Shown: in pieces, positions 61,893-64,000 of the stretch
Position numbering within the stretch: position 1 is the first letter of the stretch
Layout: each line of letters starts with the position of its first letter
Source: Anolis carolinensis
Lineage: Eukaryota
Direction: 5' to 3'
NCBI RefSeq assembly: GCF_035594765.1
Contig: NC_085846.1
Span: 51,633,190-51,697,189 of the forward strand
DNA: 64,000 bases
Notes under the pieces: generated by a model
Database searches by the model: none
Seen by the model: only the letters and a program-made list of their open reading frames with translations
Told to the model about the DNA's origin: nothing
Position numbers and translations under genes: made by a program

Positions 61893-63966
61893 CTTTTTAA
61901 ATATAATTTTTATTTACTTTTAATATTTTACATCGACATGTGGAGGGGGAGGGGAAGGCATGGGGGTGAGAAGGGTAAAAAAGGTGGGGAAAGGGTAGAG
62001 AAGAGAGTAAGAGGTGAGTTGGGGGTAGAGGGAGTATTTAATTGTCTTTATTTAAGTCTTGTTTCTTCTTTTGCACTTTCTATCTCCTTTACTGCCATCA
62101 TTTCCTTTTGCTGTGTTGTCAGATGGTACTTCTGTTTTGTCTCTCTCGTCTTATTGGAGATTTCTTCTTATTTCTTCTCCTGTTTCATATATTCCTTTAG
62201 TGTCCAGTCTGTCTCTTTCATCGGTTTTCCTTGGTGTTTCTTTAGTAGATATGTTAGTCTGTCCATGTTTCTTATTTCCCATATCTTCTTTATCCACTGT
62301 TCCTTTGGCGGCGTTTCCTTGTGTCTCCGCAAAAACTATTCTTGTGATCATCACGATGTGATTTAATATTATTTCCTCATTCCTACTAATTTCTAGATCA
62401 GTTATTCCTAGCAGATAAAGCTCTAGTTACATTTGGAATTTTCTGTTCATTATCTTCTGGCATTCCTCGTGTATTTCTCTCCAATATTTCTTTGTCTTGT
62501 TATAAGACCACCACATGTGGTAAAATGATCCAGTACATTCTTGGCATTTCCAACATTTTGTCTCAATTTTCTTACTATATTGTCCCAATTTATTTTTGAG
62601 TAATGTACTGCCTGTACATCATCTTATAGTGGTTTTCTTTCAAGTCCATGGCATATGAAAATTTTATTTTCCTATTCCAAATTGTTTCCCACTCCTCATA
62701 ATTGATTGGTCTTCCTATGTTTCGAGCCCGTTGAATCATGCATTCTTTGATTTGTTCCATCTCTGTAGTCTACTCAAGCAATTTTTTGCATATCTTGGCA
62801 ATTATATTTCTTTCCTTCTCAAATTTTTTATCCCAATATGTTCCTTTTTCCATGAAACCTCGGTATTTGTCTTTGTTGTATTTTTTCTTTTATTTGTCTG
62901 TACTGAAACCATGTGATGTCTTCTTTCTTTTCTTGATTAGTAATTCCTCATACCCTGTTTCCCTGAAAATAAGACATCCCAAAAAAATAAGACCTAGTAG
63001 AAGTTTTGCTGAATTGCTAAATATAAGGCCTCCCCCGAAAGTAAGACCTAGCAAAGTTTTTGTTTGGAAGCATGCCCAGCGCCTGCCAAACAGAACACCA
63101 GAGCATGCAGAATTGGTAAATGTACATACCAGTTGTACATGGAAATAATGGTAGTAACCAGAAATTCTTGATAGGATTCACAGTTTGTCTGGTTATGCTG
63201 ATTTGTGATGACAACTACTGTACAGTATATAATAAATGTTCATTTTTTTGTTCAACAATAAATGTGAATTCTTCTTCATGGAAAAATAAGACATCCCCTG
63301 AAAATAAGACCTAGCACATCTTTGGGAGCAAAAATTAATATAAGACACTGTCTTATTTTCGGGGAAACACGGTAGGTAGTTCATTTTGTCTTCCCTGCCA
63401 CTTTTCTCTGGAGCGCTTTGAATGGTGAGACCCACAGTGGTATTTTGGGAAACATTTGTAATTTGTATCTCTCCCATACTTTGATTTGTGTACTCTTTAA
63501 TTTTAGTTTCTTTAGCTCCTTTAGTTCCTTTCTCCCATTCTAGTTACCACTGGAGTCCACTCTTTTCTCCCACAGCCGATGGCGCTCACATACCTCCTTC
63601 TTTGCCTCTTTCTGATAGCCTTTCTCCATCCCAAAGTCCGCTTTCTCATCTCTTCCCTCTCTCCCCTCTTGTGGTTTAAAATGCAGGGGTCGGTGGTTTC
63701 ATCAGGCTATCTGCCTGACACGCTCACTCACGGCCCACTTTGCCTGGGGAGGGAAGGTCTTGTACCGGACCCTTCTGGTGGCTCTCTTTTTAGAAGAGAC
63801 CCCCCATTTGGGTCTTCAGTGACCCCCCCCCCCGGCTTTGCAGTCTCTGTCACTTTGTTTTGTGACTGGGAGGGAGCCTTGGCTCTACCCAGCTGATGTG
63901 ATTGAGCTGACTCACCAAGAGGAGCCTCAGTGAGTCCGTCTCCGCCATTTGCCTGCACCCAGAAGT
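61893..63966 (-). mobile_element. Internally deleted L1 (5' end joined to ORF2 C-terminus) with 16-bp TSD
   Basis: TSD gcttatgaattcatct at 61877-61892 and 63967-63982. 5' end ACTTCTGG...AAATGGCG. ORF2 remnants VWERYKLQMFPKIPLWVSP and CWKCQECTGSFYHMWW. A-rich 3' end. Confidence 0.8.
62953..63372 (-). mobile_element. Tc2/pogo-like MITE, copy 3 (420 bp), nested in L1
   Basis: Reverse complement of 47383-47802; TA TSD; L1 ORF2 frame continues across it. Confidence 0.92.
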
Positions 63967-64000
63967 GCTTATGAATTCATCTTGAATAAACTGAGTGAAG

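Noticed and set aside
61848-62366. 172-aa hydrophobic ORF
   Set aside because: Antisense to the A-rich L1 3' end; a compositional artefact.

Overview
This is vertebrate genomic DNA, almost certainly from a squamate and most likely an Anolis lizard. The inference rests on four Sauria-SINE copies, a SPIN hAT MITE, and squamate-type L2/CR1/L1 repeats. I found no convincing host protein-coding exon, so the window looks like a large intron or intergenic stretch. It is crowded with nested transposable elements. Retroelements include a ~4.5 kb near-complete L2 LINE (endonuclease and RT separated by one frameshift), fragments of CR1, L1, RTE, RTE-X, R4/Dong and Penelope elements, three SINE families and a solo LTR. 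DNA elements include a decayed hAT transposase, many hAT and Tc/mariner MITEs, and non-autonomous Helitrons. The most interesting signal is in the solo LTR (24409-25323, minus). Its reading frame runs from the second base of the LTR, with one internal stop, and encodes two tandem helix + acidic linker + FxG[F/W] motifs resembling LEDGF/p75-binding (IBM/TIM) motifs. This suggests a retrotransposon integrase tail or LTR peptide that tethers to host elongation/chromatin factors. Also notable are a TSD-flanked L1 that joins its 5' end directly to the end of ORF2, an L2 with a 5' monomer array and no ORF1, a cryptic SGNH-hydrolase remnant, and two SPIN-type MITEs inserted at the same CR1 position. 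Family names come from recognised motifs, not database searches, and many boundaries are approximate.
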